Shown one piece after another: positions 1 through 12,504 of a stretch of 64,000 nt of DNA. A program made the position numbers and the translations under genes. Source of the stretch: Chiloscyllium plagiosum (taxonomy: Eukaryota); the NCBI RefSeq assembly GCF_004010195.1, contig NC_057718.1, positions 18,135,728 to 18,199,727 on the forward strand, given 5' to 3'. Positions within the stretch are counted from its first letter, which is position 1. Each line of letters opens with the position of its first letter. Under the pieces are notes generated by a model, which did no database searches, was not told the origin of the DNA, and saw nothing but the letters and a program-made list of their open reading frames with translations.

Positions 1-250
1 ATGACTGCAGATGCTGGAAACCAGATTCTGGATTAGTGGTGCTGGAAGAGCACAGCAGTTCAGGCAGCATCCAAGGAGCTTCGAAATCGACATTTCGGGC
101 AAAAGCCCTTCATCCTTATTCCTGATGAAGGCTTTTGCCCGAAACATCGATTTCGAAGCTCCTTGGATGCTGCCTGAACTGCTGTGCTCTTCCAGCACCA
201 CTAATCCAGAATCTGGTTTCCAGCATCTGCAGTCATTGTTTTACCTCGTT
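1..250. mobile_element. Palindromic Penelope-like pLTR mini-element (family A), cut by the window edge
   Basis: 1-114 is the near-perfect reverse complement of 124-236. The same sequence family forms the terminus of the RT-bearing PLE at 37862-39120. Confidence 0.85.
118..152 (+). ncRNA. Minimal hammerhead ribozyme motif (family A, slightly decayed)
   Basis: CTGATGA (122-128)-A-GGC-TTTT-GCCC-GAAAC-ATC; one G is missing from stem II compared with other copies. Confidence 0.6.
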
Positions 251-511
251 TGATTAAATGTTCTGAGCGATAGGCAAGAAAGTGCTATTAAGAGCATATT
301 CAGATTGACCATGCACGTATGAAGTGGTAGAGCAGACTTGAGGGGTCAAAGGTCCCACACCTGTTTTTATTACTAATTGCCTGATGTGGGGAATCAAAAG
401 TGCATCAAACATTTTTAGCTGAATACTGACTTCAGTGACTTGTATTTTGGATTGCCCATTTTGAAAATCACTGCACCAATAAATAAACAGTCCATTGATA
501 ATACCACTGAA

Positions 512-1040
512 ATTTTTTTTTTATTATTATTCATTTGTGGGATTTGTGCATCGTTAGCTGGCCAGCATTTATTGCCTGTCCTTAGTTGCCCCTTGAGAAA
601 GTGGGGGTGAGCTGTCTTCATGAACCACTGCAGCACACTTGCCATGGGTTGACCCACAATGCCCTTAGGGAGTGAATTCGAGAATTTTGATCCAGCGACA
701 GTGAAAGAACGGCAGTATATTTCCAAGTCAGGATGGTGAGTGGCTTGAAGCAGAACGTAAAATTGGTGGTATTCCCACATTGCTGCTTCCCTTGTCCTTC
801 TAGATGGAAATGGTCGTGGGTTTGGAACGTACTGTCTGAGGATCTTTGGTGAATTTCTGCAGTGCATCTTACAGATAATACACACTGCTGCTACTGAGCA
901 TCAGTGATGGGGGGAGTGGATGCTTGTGGATGTAGCAGTAGTCAAGTAGGCAGCTTTGTCCTGGATGGTGTTAAACTTCTTGAGTATTGCACTCATCCAG
1001 GCAAGTAGGGAGTATTCCATCACACTCCTGACTTGTGCCA
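512..1040 (-). mobile_element. 3' fragment of CR1-group LINE (family 2)
   Basis: Reverse strand ends in the family tail (...CTCAAGGGGCAACTAAGGACAGGCAATAAATGCTGGCCAGC...) also seen at 21372 and 47590; ORF remnant SLPKGIVGQP. Confidence 0.75.
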
Positions 1041-1082
1041 TGTTTCATATGTAATCATAATCTATTCTCATTGTCTGGTCTC

Positions 1083-1178
1083 TTTATGGGACAAGAGGTA
1101 GTGTCCTGCCTCTAAGCCAATAAGTGGGTTCAAGTCCCACTTATTTCAGTTGTAGAATGGATTGATTAGAAAATACCT
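1083..1178 (+). mobile_element. Decayed short tRNA-like SINE (same family as 11388-11625)
   Basis: GGTAGTGTCC...GGTTCAAGTCCCAC...GATTGATTAGAAAATA matches both units at 11.4-11.6 kb. Confidence 0.5.
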
Positions 1179-1293
1179 GGAGTGAAACAAATTGTATTTG
1201 TAATGTAAAGCCAATAACTGGTGTTCTTAGTCTCATGGATGCCTGAAAATAGAACTGGAGATTCACCATTGTACAATATGTTCGTCAATAACA

Positions 1294-1612
1294 TGGGGAA
1301 AGTGATGGTCTAGTGGTATTATCAGTGGCCTGTTAATCCAGAGATCCATGCAATGTTAGCGATCCGGGTTCAAATCCAGCCATGGCAGTCTACTGATGAC
1401 CACAAATCTGTTGTCGATTGTCAGGAAAGACCCATCTGGTTCACTAATGTCCTTTTGGGAAGGAAACTGTCATCCTTACTGGTCTGGCCTGCATGTGACT
1501 GCGGAACCACAGCAATGTGGTTGATATTTAACTGCCCTCTGGGAAATTAGGTATGGGCAATAAATGTTGGCCTAGCCAGTGATGCCGTCATCCTGTGAAT
1601 GCATTTCAAAAA
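1294..1612 (+). mobile_element. tRNA-derived SINE sharing its 3' tail with LINE family 2
   Basis: A box TGGTCTAGTGG, B box GGTTCAAATCC, body CCCATCTGGTTCACTAATGTCC, tail GGGCAATAAATGTTGGCC. Confidence 0.8.
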
Positions 1613-2932
1613 AACAGCAGGTTTTATGATCGGTGCAGTTTACTACATGAGACACAGCTTATGTATAAGCTTTGATATGGTCCAAGTTCTTTCTAAGCCT
1701 TCGCACAACCTTGTATTTTGAGTATCCAATTTAACTGAGATATTTTCGAGAGCAATATCACTAAACAGTCCAGTTAGTGAATGTAGGCATTTAATGTGTG
1801 GGGATCAGAGGATTGCCTGTTGGGACTGTGCAGAGTAGTCAGTTGGATTTTACTGCGTCCTTGTCCAAATTCTGCCCCATCCACTTTCTAGTGGTGAGGA
1901 ATTGCAGCCTTGGAGTCTTTAATTTATATGTCTTCCAACCCAGTGATCCTGAACCAAAAGTAATCAGTTCAAGTCAGTCTGTAAAACAACAACCTTAAAA
2001 TATCAATAGCAGTACAGCTTCTTGCTTTACACAAAGAGAAAAAGAAACTCTCCCATTCTTGTTTTATAAATAGAAAGTGTGCAGTTGGACCTTTCAATTC
2101 ACATTAGCTGATATTAATTGGCAATGACTGGCCAAGAAAATGCTCATTTATAGTCAGTATCGAGGAACAAAAGCGATCATCATTGCAATGAAAGGGGACA
2201 GTTAAAATGTCAAACCAATTGACTATTCATTGCTTGTTCTTCCTGACCTCTGCTCTCCCCTTTACTCCTGCTTGTTGTCTATGGGTAATGTAGCTGCTTT
2301 CTGCCAATCAGGTAGACATGGCACTTTAACCACAAAGTCAAAACAATCTGAAATAAAAGCAGATCATGCCTGAAATATTCAGCAACTCTGGCAGCCTCTG
2401 AAGGGAGATTGAAACAGTGTTCATGTTTTAGGTCGCTAAAGTGAGCTGATGGTTTTCTTTCTAATTTACTTGAAGCATAATGTTCTGTTCTCAATTCTTC
2501 CGGGACCATTCTACAACTTCCTGGGTGGATGATGTTTGACTCCTCAAGATCCCTTATCTTCTCCCCATTCTTAGCAATGTCCTTTTAATTGCCAGGAAAT
2601 GCCAAAGGCATGTTGAATGTTCCAGGCATTCACCCGTGTAGTCAGAGTCTGGGAGGGACACTGAACGAGGTAGACACTGTGGCTGCTGCTTTGTGGTTCC
2701 CAGAGACTGGTTTGAGGGTTTCTGTGCCAGAGTTTAAAAAAAAATCAGGATAGTACATCAACATAGGGATACTGAGGGCAAGGTGATGAAATATAAAATA
2801 GCTCAAAGAGTATCCATCTCAGCAGACAGTGGTGAATCTTACAGTGAATCAACACTTGATGGCAGGATGTAGGATCGCTCACTCAGGTGGCCACTTCAAA
2901 GTCTTCAATGATATCGGTAACAAAACAAAAAA

Positions 2933-3068
2933 TTAACTTCCTCCCAGTAATCCAATGGGTTTGTGGTATGGGGGAAGGGAACAGTGTAGGGTATTGGGAG
3001 TTAACTTCCTCCCAGTAATCCAATGGGTTTGTGGTATGGGGGAAGGGAACGGTGTAGGGTATTGGGAA
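2933..3068. repeat. 68-bp tandem duplication
   Basis: TTAACTTCCTCCCAG...GTATTGGGA at 2933 and 3001, near-identical. Confidence 0.95.
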
Positions 3069-3751
3069 GCCAAGTTGTTTGTTGCAGTGACAAACATGGG
3101 AATCAGAATAACCTCATGCTCATTCTTCCTTCGGTTTGCACAATGGCGCATTTTAGTCCAAACATTTGGGTCGTCTTCCTTCAAATGTCCACCTCATTCT
3201 ATTGGTGCTGGCAGTTAATCATTAGCTAGTATCCACAGGACCACCACCATTGATTACTGCCTGTAGGGTACGAGAACAGAATCCATTCCTTCTCCAACCC
3301 AATAACAATCTGCTAAAGTTACAGCTTTATTTACCAACTCTTTCCATGATATTTCATCGAATAGTTTTGACACCCATGCACAATGTCAGCTGGGTTCCAT
3401 CATTCCCCTGCTTTGTGAGTTCCTTCGATATATCCCATGCAAGTTGGAGAGACAGGACCTTCTTTTCCAGAAGCCATGTTGAGGCTTTCTAGTTTCCCTT
3501 TCATATCAGAGATCATGACCATTGGCAAGCTATTGGATAAGGGGAGCTCACTGCAACCTGCCTGATATTGACCAATGCATTATTAAACATTCTGGGCAAT
3601 TATTTGTCTACAGCTGCTGCTGGCAAGACTAGCATTCATTTCCCTTCCCTAAATACCTTCCAGAAGGTCGTAGTAAGCTAATTTGAACTGCTATAGAGCT
3701 TATGATGTAAGTACGCCCAGAGGGAGACTGTTCCAGTGTTTCAAACCCAAA

Positions 3752-4093
3752 GGGGCTCAGTGGTTAGCACTGCTGCCTCACAGCGTCAGGGACTCGGGTT
3801 TGATTCCAGTGTCGGGTGACTGTCTGTGTGGAGCTTGCACATTCTCCTTGTGTCTGCATGTGTTTCCTCTGGGTCCTCCAGTTTCCTCCCACAGTCCAAA
3901 GATGTGTAGGTTAGGTGAGTTGGCCATGCTAAATTAACCCATAGTTTTCAGGGATGTGTAGGTTAGGTGTATTAGTCAATGGTAAATGTCAAGTAATAGG
4001 GTAGGGAAATGGGTTTGGGTGGGATACTCTTCGGAGGGTCGGTATGGACTTGTTGGGTTGAAGGGCCTGTTTCCATATTCTACGATTCCATGA
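3752..4093 (+). mobile_element. HE1-like SINE
   Basis: CAGTGGTTAGCACTGCTGCCTCACAGC head, GGTTTGATTCC B box, CTCCCACAGTCCAAAGATGTG core, GAAGGGCCTGTTTCC CR1-type tail. Confidence 0.9.
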
Positions 4094-4671
4094 TAAGTGA
4101 AGGAATAGCAATATTATTTGCAGGACTAGAAGGTGTGTAACTTGGGGAGGAAATTGATGTTTCCAAGTGTTTGACATCTCACTGGTAATAATCAAAGCAG
4201 AAAGTGCTGGAGAAAACAACGGGTCTGGCAGGATTTGTGGAGAGAGAAACAGAGTTAATGTTTCAAATTGGTTTTGAGCTCCCTTTTGTACTTCCACATA
4301 GTCATAGTCATGGGTTTGGAAGGTATTATTGGGAATATGAACCATACCTAACTCACTTTTTTCCTCCATCTTGTAATACAGAGGTCAATAATAGATCAGG
4401 AAAAACCAAGATCTGACCTGTTGCAAAGGTGGCACAGGGTTGAGCCTACTAACTATGTATGGCTCCGTCCATGAGGAAGGCTTTAACAAATGGAATGAAA
4501 CTGTTGTTAGTGAGCCCCATAGCCCTTCGTCACAGCTTCTAATGTTCTAAAGCTTTCAGTTGTGGGTCTCAGAAACCAGCAATTGGAGCAGATCAGGCCT
4601 GGACAATAGAAATATTTGCTTAGCTGTTAGAAGTCTCTCAAAGGACCAAAGAGACATGAATCTGAGGAATT

Positions 4672-5746
4672 TGTGATGATGCTGTCACTTTAAAAAGATT
4701 ATTTTGTCCTGGGTTTTTTTGAAGAGGGGTTGTAAAAGTAGAGGTGCCGAAGTGGCTACTGGACATGGCTCGAGTCAACAATTTAGGAGGCCTATAACGT
4801 ATTTTTTTAAAAAAGTTGAAACAATGGAAGGGGAGCGGCCTGGCTTTCTAGCTGTTTTTAACTGTAGCAGTCAGAAGCTGTTTGGGTCTCAGAAGCTTCA
4901 ATAAAGAATTCCTAGCTGTTACTTGGTAGTGTGGATGAGCAGAGGGATCTTGGTGTCCATGTACACAGATCTTTGAAAGTTGCCACCCAGGTAAATAGTG
5001 CGGTGAAGAAGGCATATGCCGTACTGGCTTTTATTGGTAGAGGAATTGAGTTCCAGAGTACTGAGGTCATGTTGCAGTTGTATAAGACTCTAGTGCGGTA
5101 TGGAGTCAGCTATTACAAGGGTGCATAGCTTTAAATTAAGGGGGGGTAGGTATAGGGCAGATGTTAGGGGTAGGTTCTTTACTCAGCGAATCGTGAGTTC
5201 ATGGAATGCTCTGCCAGTGGCAGTGGTGGACTCTCCCTCATTATGGGCATTTAAGCGGGCATTGGATAGGCATATGGAGGATAGTGGGCTAGTGTAGGTT
5301 AGGTGGGCTTGGATCGGCGCAACATTGAGGGCCGAAGGGCCTGTACTGCGCTGTATTGTTCTATGTTCTATGTTACTTTCTCTGAAATCCCTTGGAATGT
5401 CGTTTCCCCCCGGATTGGAGAACTATGTGTAAGAATCCGTCTGAATTTACCTTTTTGCCAAGGGGTGTGTTTATGGGATGTTACTGTACTGGAATAATTA
5501 ATTAGTAATAGTTACTGTATCAATTAATTGGTTAAGTTTTCCAATAATTAAGCCATTCTAAATTTCTCTTTCTTTTGTTTGTATTTTAACTGCAGTGTTC
5601 AAATAAATTGTGCTTTGCTTAATGTTAAGTAGTTTGACAAGTCGCACAATATCTGGAACACATACTTCACATCTACGTTTCAAATAAGAAAATGTTAGGG
5701 TCGAGGCTACCTTAAATATTTTGAGGGGGTCTAGTAAATTCACAAC
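4672..5746 (+). mobile_element. Probable solo LTR interrupted by a CR1 fragment
   Basis: Starts TGTGATG, is AT-rich with AATAAA, sits inside an older CR1 3' fragment (GAATCTGAGGAATT | CCTCAGAG) and is split at the TSD TGTTACTT. LTR identity is inferred. Confidence 0.45.
4925..5370 (+). mobile_element. CR1/HER1-type LINE 3' fragment with 8-bp TSD
   Basis: QRDLGVHVHRSLKV and GRFFTQRIVSSWNALP motifs, (TTCTATG)n tail, TGTTACTT at 4917-4924 and 5371-5378, internal deletion near 5098. Confidence 0.9.
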
Positions 5747-5945
5747 CTCAGAGTTGCCAGGGTATTGAGTTCATTTAAGGAGGAGATAGATTTTTAATGA
5801 GTATTGAATTGAAGGGTTATGGAGAACAGGCAGGAAATGGAGTCCAGGTCAAGTTGAGATCAGCCATGATTGTATCAAATGGCAGAGCAGGTTTGAGGGG
5901 CTGAATTGCCTGCTCCTGCTCCTAGTTCGTATGTTCTTATGTTAA
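5747..5945 (+). mobile_element. Old CR1 LINE 3' end
   Basis: AAGGGTTATGGAG...GATCAGCCATGAT...CCTGCTCCT...TATGTTCTTATGTT tail. Confidence 0.75.
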
Positions 5946-5979
5946 GTCCTCCTGGACCAAATTGATAAAATTTTGGCAT

Positions 5980-6195
5980 GATATTGGTGATGCTGATGTT
6001 GCACTGGGGTGGACAAAGTTAGAAGTCACATGACACCTGATTATAGTTCAACAGGTTTATTCGAAATCACTAGCTTTCAGAGTGCTGTTCCTTCATCAGG
6101 TGAAGTCACCTCACCCGACAAAAGAGCAGCGCTCCGAAAGCTTGTGATTACAAATAAACCTGTTGGACTATAACCAGGTGTCGTGTGACCTCTGA
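5980..6195. mobile_element. Palindromic PLE-derived mini-element (family B) with hammerhead motifs
   Basis: About 6020-6103 is inverted relative to about 6111-6195. Minus strand reads TCAC-CTGATGA-AGGAACAGCACTCT-GAAAG-CTA-GTGA. Confidence 0.75.
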
Positions 6196-7679
6196 TAAAT
6201 TTTGCAAATTAGAAATTTGGGCATCTCATTATTGGATATGTGGAGGAGGTGGAGAGTGATAGTGAAGACAGACAAGAATGTTTCTGTCCACTTGAATAAT
6301 GAAACCAGATTTATCCACCATATTGGCTCCTAGGTCTCTTTGCCGTTGAGCCTGTGAGCTGCAGGGAGGGACATACATCTCGCTGGTGATAAAGTAGGAG
6401 GTGTCAGGGAGAACAATAGGTCTGGCAGGAACTGTGGTGAGAGTAACAGTTAATGTTTCAAATCGGTTTTGAGCTCGCTGGTGGAAGGGTGGGGCATTGC
6501 CAATTGGCTCAGGCAGTGCTGGTGTTGAGGTTTTGGGAGTGTCGGAGATAGAGATAAAAGAAAATGTCAGGATGTGGAGCATAACTCTTCCATCAGGTTT
6601 CACATTCAGGTAGGTGGACTTTAAAATGTATACCTGCTTTGTGGCAATCTCTTTAACTCTCTGACCATGTACATTTGAGCCAAGCTTTTGCTGCAAGTAA
6701 TTAGTGCCAGCTTCCTCAGGGGAATGCAAACGTTCAGTGGGGGTCTCAAAGAGGCAGTGACCCATTAATTGTACATGCAAAGCACCTAATCCCCCTTTCA
6801 GCTGTGGACATTTCTGCTAATCTGTGAAGGCTCTGCACCACTTGTCCAGCCTCTTTTTGAAGGCATAGGAAGGCAATCCAGGCGCTCTCCAGCCCCATCC
6901 CCAGGCCTGTGTTTTTATCCACTTTGTAAATTGAGCTGCCAACCTTGAGGTCACTGAATAATCGAAAGATAGTCTCACTTGCTTCTCCCCATGCTTCTCA
7001 TATGAACTGAGGTTGAAAGTGACTGGCTGTACAGTCGTACAAGTCTCCAGTTCCTTTCAATCTGCTGGCTGTGCCATAATGTCATCAGTCAGCATTGCAT
7101 CCGATTGAACTGTTGTGTTCACTAACAAGTCCCAGTACATTCAAAGTGGAATGAAGCAATTTTAGCTGTGTGTGTGTGTTTATTTCCTACTATAGTTACG
7201 ACTGCCAATAATGGCCTAAAGTCTTTTGCGCTGGTTTTAGTCATTTCACTACTAACTGATGGATTAAATTCTGCTTGCTGCGTGAGTATGACCTACAGAG
7301 ACAAGGTGCATAGAAAAACTTACATTGATTCCTGTAGTTGGGTTCCTATTTTCAGCATTGTTACACATGATGCAGAACATCACTGGAACCAGCATTGATC
7401 AGTTGTTGCAGTCTTTTGGAAATATTGACTGCACTATGTCTATCAAGCAAATAAGATTCTATGAAGACTTCAACTTCATCTAACCTTCTGTGCCAATGTT
7501 ACAGGGGCGAGTATTTGTAGATGGTTTCAAGCTTCCCTTTTAGAAAGAGAATGTTGGCTGCTTAGTCACTTTATTCATCTCTCTCCCTTTTCAAGTTCTC
7601 CCATATTGATAAAGAACTTCATGAGGTAACCATAAAAACAATGGTTGGTGCTTTTCCCCTCTGTCCTGTGAGGATTGTT

Positions 7680-8190
7680 AATTAATAGAAGATGGAGAGT
7701 TGGAATAAGAGGGACATTTCAGGCTGGCAACCTGAAACTAGTGGAGTGCCCAGGAATCAGTGCTGGGGCCAAAATTATTTACAATGTATATTAATGTCAT
7801 GGACGAGGAAAGCCAAAATTTTCAGACTACACAAAGATAAGTGGGAAGGCGAGTGGTGAGAATGACATAAAGCACCTGCAGAGGTATACGGAAAGGTAAA
7901 GAGAGTGGGGAAAAAATCTTGTCGGATGGAATCTAATGTGGGAATATTTGAGGTTATGCACTTCAACTGGAAGTGTAGAGGAGCTGAACATTGTTTAAAC
8001 TGAAAAAGACTGTAAAAAGCAGCAGCACACAGGAATTTGGGGGGTCCTCATGCATGAATGATATAAAAACTAGCCTCCTATCAGGTAACAAGGAAGGCCA
8101 TTGGAAAGCTTATCTTCATTTCAAAAGGAATAGTGTATAAAAATAGGAGGATCTTGCTAAAATTTTACAAAATACCAATAAATACTGTGA
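7680..8190 (+). mobile_element. Decayed CR1 RT fragment
   Basis: AGTGGAGTGCCCAGGAATCAGTGCTGGGGCC (SGVPQGSVLGP motif) followed by downstream RT-like segments. Confidence 0.7.
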
Positions 8191-8769
8191 ACACTTTTGG
8201 TCTAATCTGCATGTGGCTGGACAGCCCAGTATGTGGATCAGAGGGCTGTGAGGGCCACAGCTTTGAGGACAGTCATTTTAAACACCCGTGCAGGGCAGGT
8301 AAAGGACTGAATGCGAAAATCCAGTCAATATCAAAAGGAATCAAGACAACAAAATTTCTGCTGACCTGCAAAACCAGGAACCTTGAAATCAACTGTTCAG
8401 CCTTAACGCTATCAGTGCTGCCCAATAATGATCATGATTGTCTTTGTTGCTCTTCGTAAACAAATCAGAAGCAGATCCTTTCTCTCTTTTTTAAAATCTG
8501 TTTAGACTCTCTTCTCATTTTTAATCTGCCTGGATGTGTGCTGTGTAATACTTCTTGCGTTCAGTCATTAACAAACCCATGCATTTTTTAATTCAAGAAA
8601 TCCTGCTTAATCGGTTCCTACTAAAACACAGGTTTATTTAGCTCTGGGAGAAAGATGCCAACAGGGGACAGGATCCTTTCAAAGTTAACCTTGCTGTGAC
8701 CTATCAGGGTGGGAATTTGAGGGTGATTTAAGGAAGGGAGCCTGTTTGCCCCCGTATTCCTTCCTTTAC

Positions 8770-8990
8770 GAGTTACATTAACTACTTTCCAATCCTCTGG
8801 GATATTTCCGGAATCTAGGGATTCATGGAAGATTATTACCAGTGAATCCATTAATTCTGTAGCTACTTCATTTATTATCCGAGACTGCAACACAACAGGT
8901 CCAGGGGACTTACAAGCCTTTAACCCCATTTGTTTCCATTGTACTTGTTCTCCAGTGATAGTTGTATTTATTTCCTTTCTTGCAAGTCAT
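8770..8990 (-). mobile_element. CR1 ORF2 fragment
   Basis: ORF LKACKSPGP...SLVIIFHESLDSGNIPEDWKVVNVT. Confidence 0.8.
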
Positions 8991-11387
8991 GAGCTATTTT
9001 CTTAAACATCTGCCATTGCGATTTTGGGGTATTTAGTCTGGCACTGTAACAAATTGGAGAACCTCACCGGGGGTGGCGTCTGGCTGTAGCCACGTTGATG
9101 AAATGGTCCCAACATGGCCCGGATCAGGAGTGAATGTGCAGCCAATACTTCTTTGGCATGAAATTCTTGGCGCCAACCAACTAGGTGCAATTGAGCTGCA
9201 TTTTGCGGTCCTGTTTTCTCCCGTATACTGTTAATCATTGTTCTCCTCTCTGAGCAGCTATTTAATTCCCCTTGAAAGGAATTTATGGACTCTGCTTAGA
9301 CAAGTTTATGGCAGAGAATTCTACATCCTGACCACCTGCTGCATAAAGAATGTTTGAGGGAAAAAAAAAATCTCCCTTGAATTCTTTCTTGTGATTTTCC
9401 AATCTGTGGCCTCCTGTTACCTCCTGATTGATGGGTGCGCTCACACCCCTGCCATAACTCTTCAGACACGTAAAGGAGCCTGGCAGGTCAGCCATTTGTC
9501 TTCTCGGTTCGAATGAAGAAAAATGGACCACTCGCTTCTCAGATCTCTCGACAATTGCCACCGCTTTCCCTGTGTAACGTCCTGGCAAATCTGCACAGGC
9601 AGCTTTCTAATGTTACTAACGTCAGATTGAGTGCAGTGTGAATATGTGGGGGCAGTGGGCACAGTGGGACTCGTGTAGCAGAACCTCTGTCAAAGGAGCC
9701 TCTGCAAGTCTATCTGCTTCCTATCACTGGTGTCAATACTAGGGGGATTGTTTAGGAAGTCAGTCAAGAGAAGCCTTGTTGGACTTCCTCAGAGATATTG
9801 CTGAGTAATTTCTATGGTTCAGAGGCAACTTCTGACCATTTGTCAGTGTTTATCCCCAGATTCACCTTCCTGTTCAACTGCACAGATTGTTCATAAGTCT
9901 CTTGTCTTTGGAATTCACACATAATAAAGCTGTGTTCGCCAGGTTACCTCTTCACGAGCTCCTTGCCATGTGTCAAAGGAGCGAGCAATTAATCTCTCTC
10001 CTGTTCATCACTTAGCATATGCCCAAGGCATCCGTGACAGTAAACTAAACAGGGCAGACACAACACTCTTGTTTTAAACTGTAAGCTGTTATCATGGCCA
10101 AAACAGTTGGAAAGTGCCGCTGGCTATTATCACACTCTGTGCAAAAAAGCCTGATCTTGCCCATGTGTGAGAAATAATTGTAACTTCCCCTATATGAATC
10201 AGTGCTGCGTCATGTAGGAAAAATGCCAGTCTGGGGCATAATGTAAACAGGACCGGTCTCTCAGGAGTGGGTGAGTTATGACCTTCCTTTGATGGAAGTG
10301 AAACAGCCATAACTCATGACTACCACAGGCATGCAAAGGGCTGCTTTCACCAGTCAAAGAAGGCCCAGAATATCATGCCAGAGGGAGATAGCATGGCTGA
10401 CAAGTGACTGGTATAAAACTAAAAGTAAGCGTGGGAGTAGGTGATGACACCATTTATTTCGCATTGAAGTTGTTCCTTTTTTTGGTTACAGGACTCTGAC
10501 GCAAGTTGCATCTGTGTTGTCTAATGAATATGCAAAGATTTGCACACACATTTATGTAACAGCTTATCATAGCTCTCAGAAAGTTCTCTAATTTTCTCAC
10601 ATACAATTAAGTCAATCAAAGTGTGGTGATTGTTGCTAAGCGAGCAAGCCAAGCAGCCATTTTATCCTCGTGTCTGAGAGAAAGTTCGTCATGCTGCAGG
10701 GTAATGAAGAAAGCTGACTAGTTCTGATTGATTTTGTTGTATTTGTTGAGAATGAGAAAGGTTGCCTGCACATTGGGCAAACCCCTGGGTTGAAGTCTTA
10801 GACTCTGAAAATGACAAACATGGAGGTGACCAGTGACCAACTGATGCCACTGGCTGTATTTTGACACAATGCCACTGCCCTTGTGCCATTTTCCCAGCGT
10901 CAGAGTGAAGGCTTGGCAGGTTTCCCATTACCACAAGCAGCAAGTCACAAATTCAACTTGCTGAAGGCTTCTCATGGCCTACTGTCCACAAACGGTGACC
11001 CAGCTGTCGAAGACATGCTTTACGTTATAAGTTGTTTGGAAGTTGAGCATTACCTGAAGGACGAAGCATCAAAGACGTGGACATGGAAATCAGAACCTTG
11101 CTGCCACCATTAATTAAATGTCAGGAGACCTCACTTATGTCGGATAAAATATGATTTTCCAGGGGCCTTCCTCAGGAGAAGTAGCAAGCTGCCTCTTCAG
11201 GTACAGAAGGAGGGAGAGAATGTCCTAAGGCAGAGGTATCCTCTCTCCGATTGTTAGATATTGTTGCACCTATTGTTCTATATTAGAACTGGGAACTCAA
11301 GTATTAGGTATGAGTGTTTCGGTGGGAAACATTTCACAGCTGCACCTGCAAAGCATATAATGTGTGACAGCTAAGGGTTCTCCTTTA

Positions 11388-11625
11388 GGGCTTTTGTGGT
11401 GCAGTGGTAGTATCCCTGTCTTTGAGCCAGGAGGTTCAAGCCCCATCTGTTCCGGAGGTGTGCAATAACCTCACTGAATAGATTGATTAGAAGATAGTTT
11501 TTTGAGTGCTCTCATGTTGCAATCGTAGTGTCCCTACTTCTGGACTAAGAGAACCAGGTTCAAGCCCTAACACCTCCAGAGGTGTGTAGTAATATCACTG
11601 AACAGTTTGGTTAGAAACTATCTAT
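11388..11625 (+). mobile_element. Two tandem ~110-bp tRNA-like SINE units
   Basis: Each unit has an A-box-like segment (GGTGCAGTGGTAG / GTTGCAATCGTAG), GGTTCAAGCCC, GAGGTGTG and CACTGAA..GATTAGAA/GGTTAGAA. Confidence 0.6.
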
Positions 11626-11944
11626 GATGTGTGACAGGATTAGTGGAAACTGCTGTGGTGCCATCTGAACTGAGAACCTCTTATGTACAAGCAGCCTGCA
11701 AGAATAAAACAGATTTGAAGTGATTGCTCAAACATCGCAGGGGTCTGTAAAGTGCAGTCAGTCAGATTTGGCTCCATTGCAACCTTCAGGATAACTCAGA
11801 ACAAGTCTTCCAAACAAAGCTCTGGGTTCATTGAGAAAGTGTGAAGGTGTGATTGCTTGACAATAAAGCCACCCTGGTCAGCACGCATCCTTGTATGGGT
11901 TCCCTGTGCAGATGGGAAGGTAGTGTAACATGAGAAAAGCAGGA

Positions 11945-12165
11945 AGGAAGAAATTACATTTATATAGCACCTTTCATGACCTCAAGTTATCCCATAGCAG
12001 TATTTTTTAAAGCACTGTTGTAGTCACAGGGAAACACACAGCAGGTCCCCATAGACAGCAGTGAGTAAATAACTGACATAACTGCTGTTGATTAAGGTCA
12101 AGACATTGGAAGAATTCCTCTGGTCAACTTTGACCAGTGGCAGAGGGACTGTTAATCTTCACTTG
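11945..12165 (-). mobile_element. Decayed Deu-domain SINE 3' part (SacSINE1/AmnSINE1-like)
   Basis: Reverse strand ends GAGGTCATGAAAGGTGCTATATAAATGTAATTTCTT, matching my recall of the DeuSINE tail. Confidence 0.55.
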
Positions 12166-12504
12166 CAATGGAAGGCAAGACCTGTATTACCTACAAAACT
12201 TAATTTTAGTTACTCTTTAATTCAGGCTGAGCCTATGAATGTGGCTTCATGAACAGAATCTCCAAATAGTGTTGCTCTCACATTGCTTTCACCCTCTTAA
12301 CGTTTGTTCTCCATTTTCTGGGCGCTGAAGATAAAGATTTTGTTTTCCCTTTCTGCAGCTGGTATTAGTGAGCTGGAATTTTCTCCCTCCAAACGCTATG
12401 GATTTTGGAGCGTTTGGAGTTTTCAAATCAGATTGACAAACTTTTGCTGGATAAGGGAGCTGAGGTGGGTAAACTTAATTAATGTTTAGTTCAAAAAATA
12501 GCAG

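Noticed and set aside
86..120. Second hammerhead on the minus arm of the first palindrome
   Set aside because: The core reads GGATGA instead of CTGATGA because the inversion junction truncates it.
10230..10440. Possible small exons (AG...GTGAGT)
   Set aside because: No polypyrimidine tract and no recognisable peptide.
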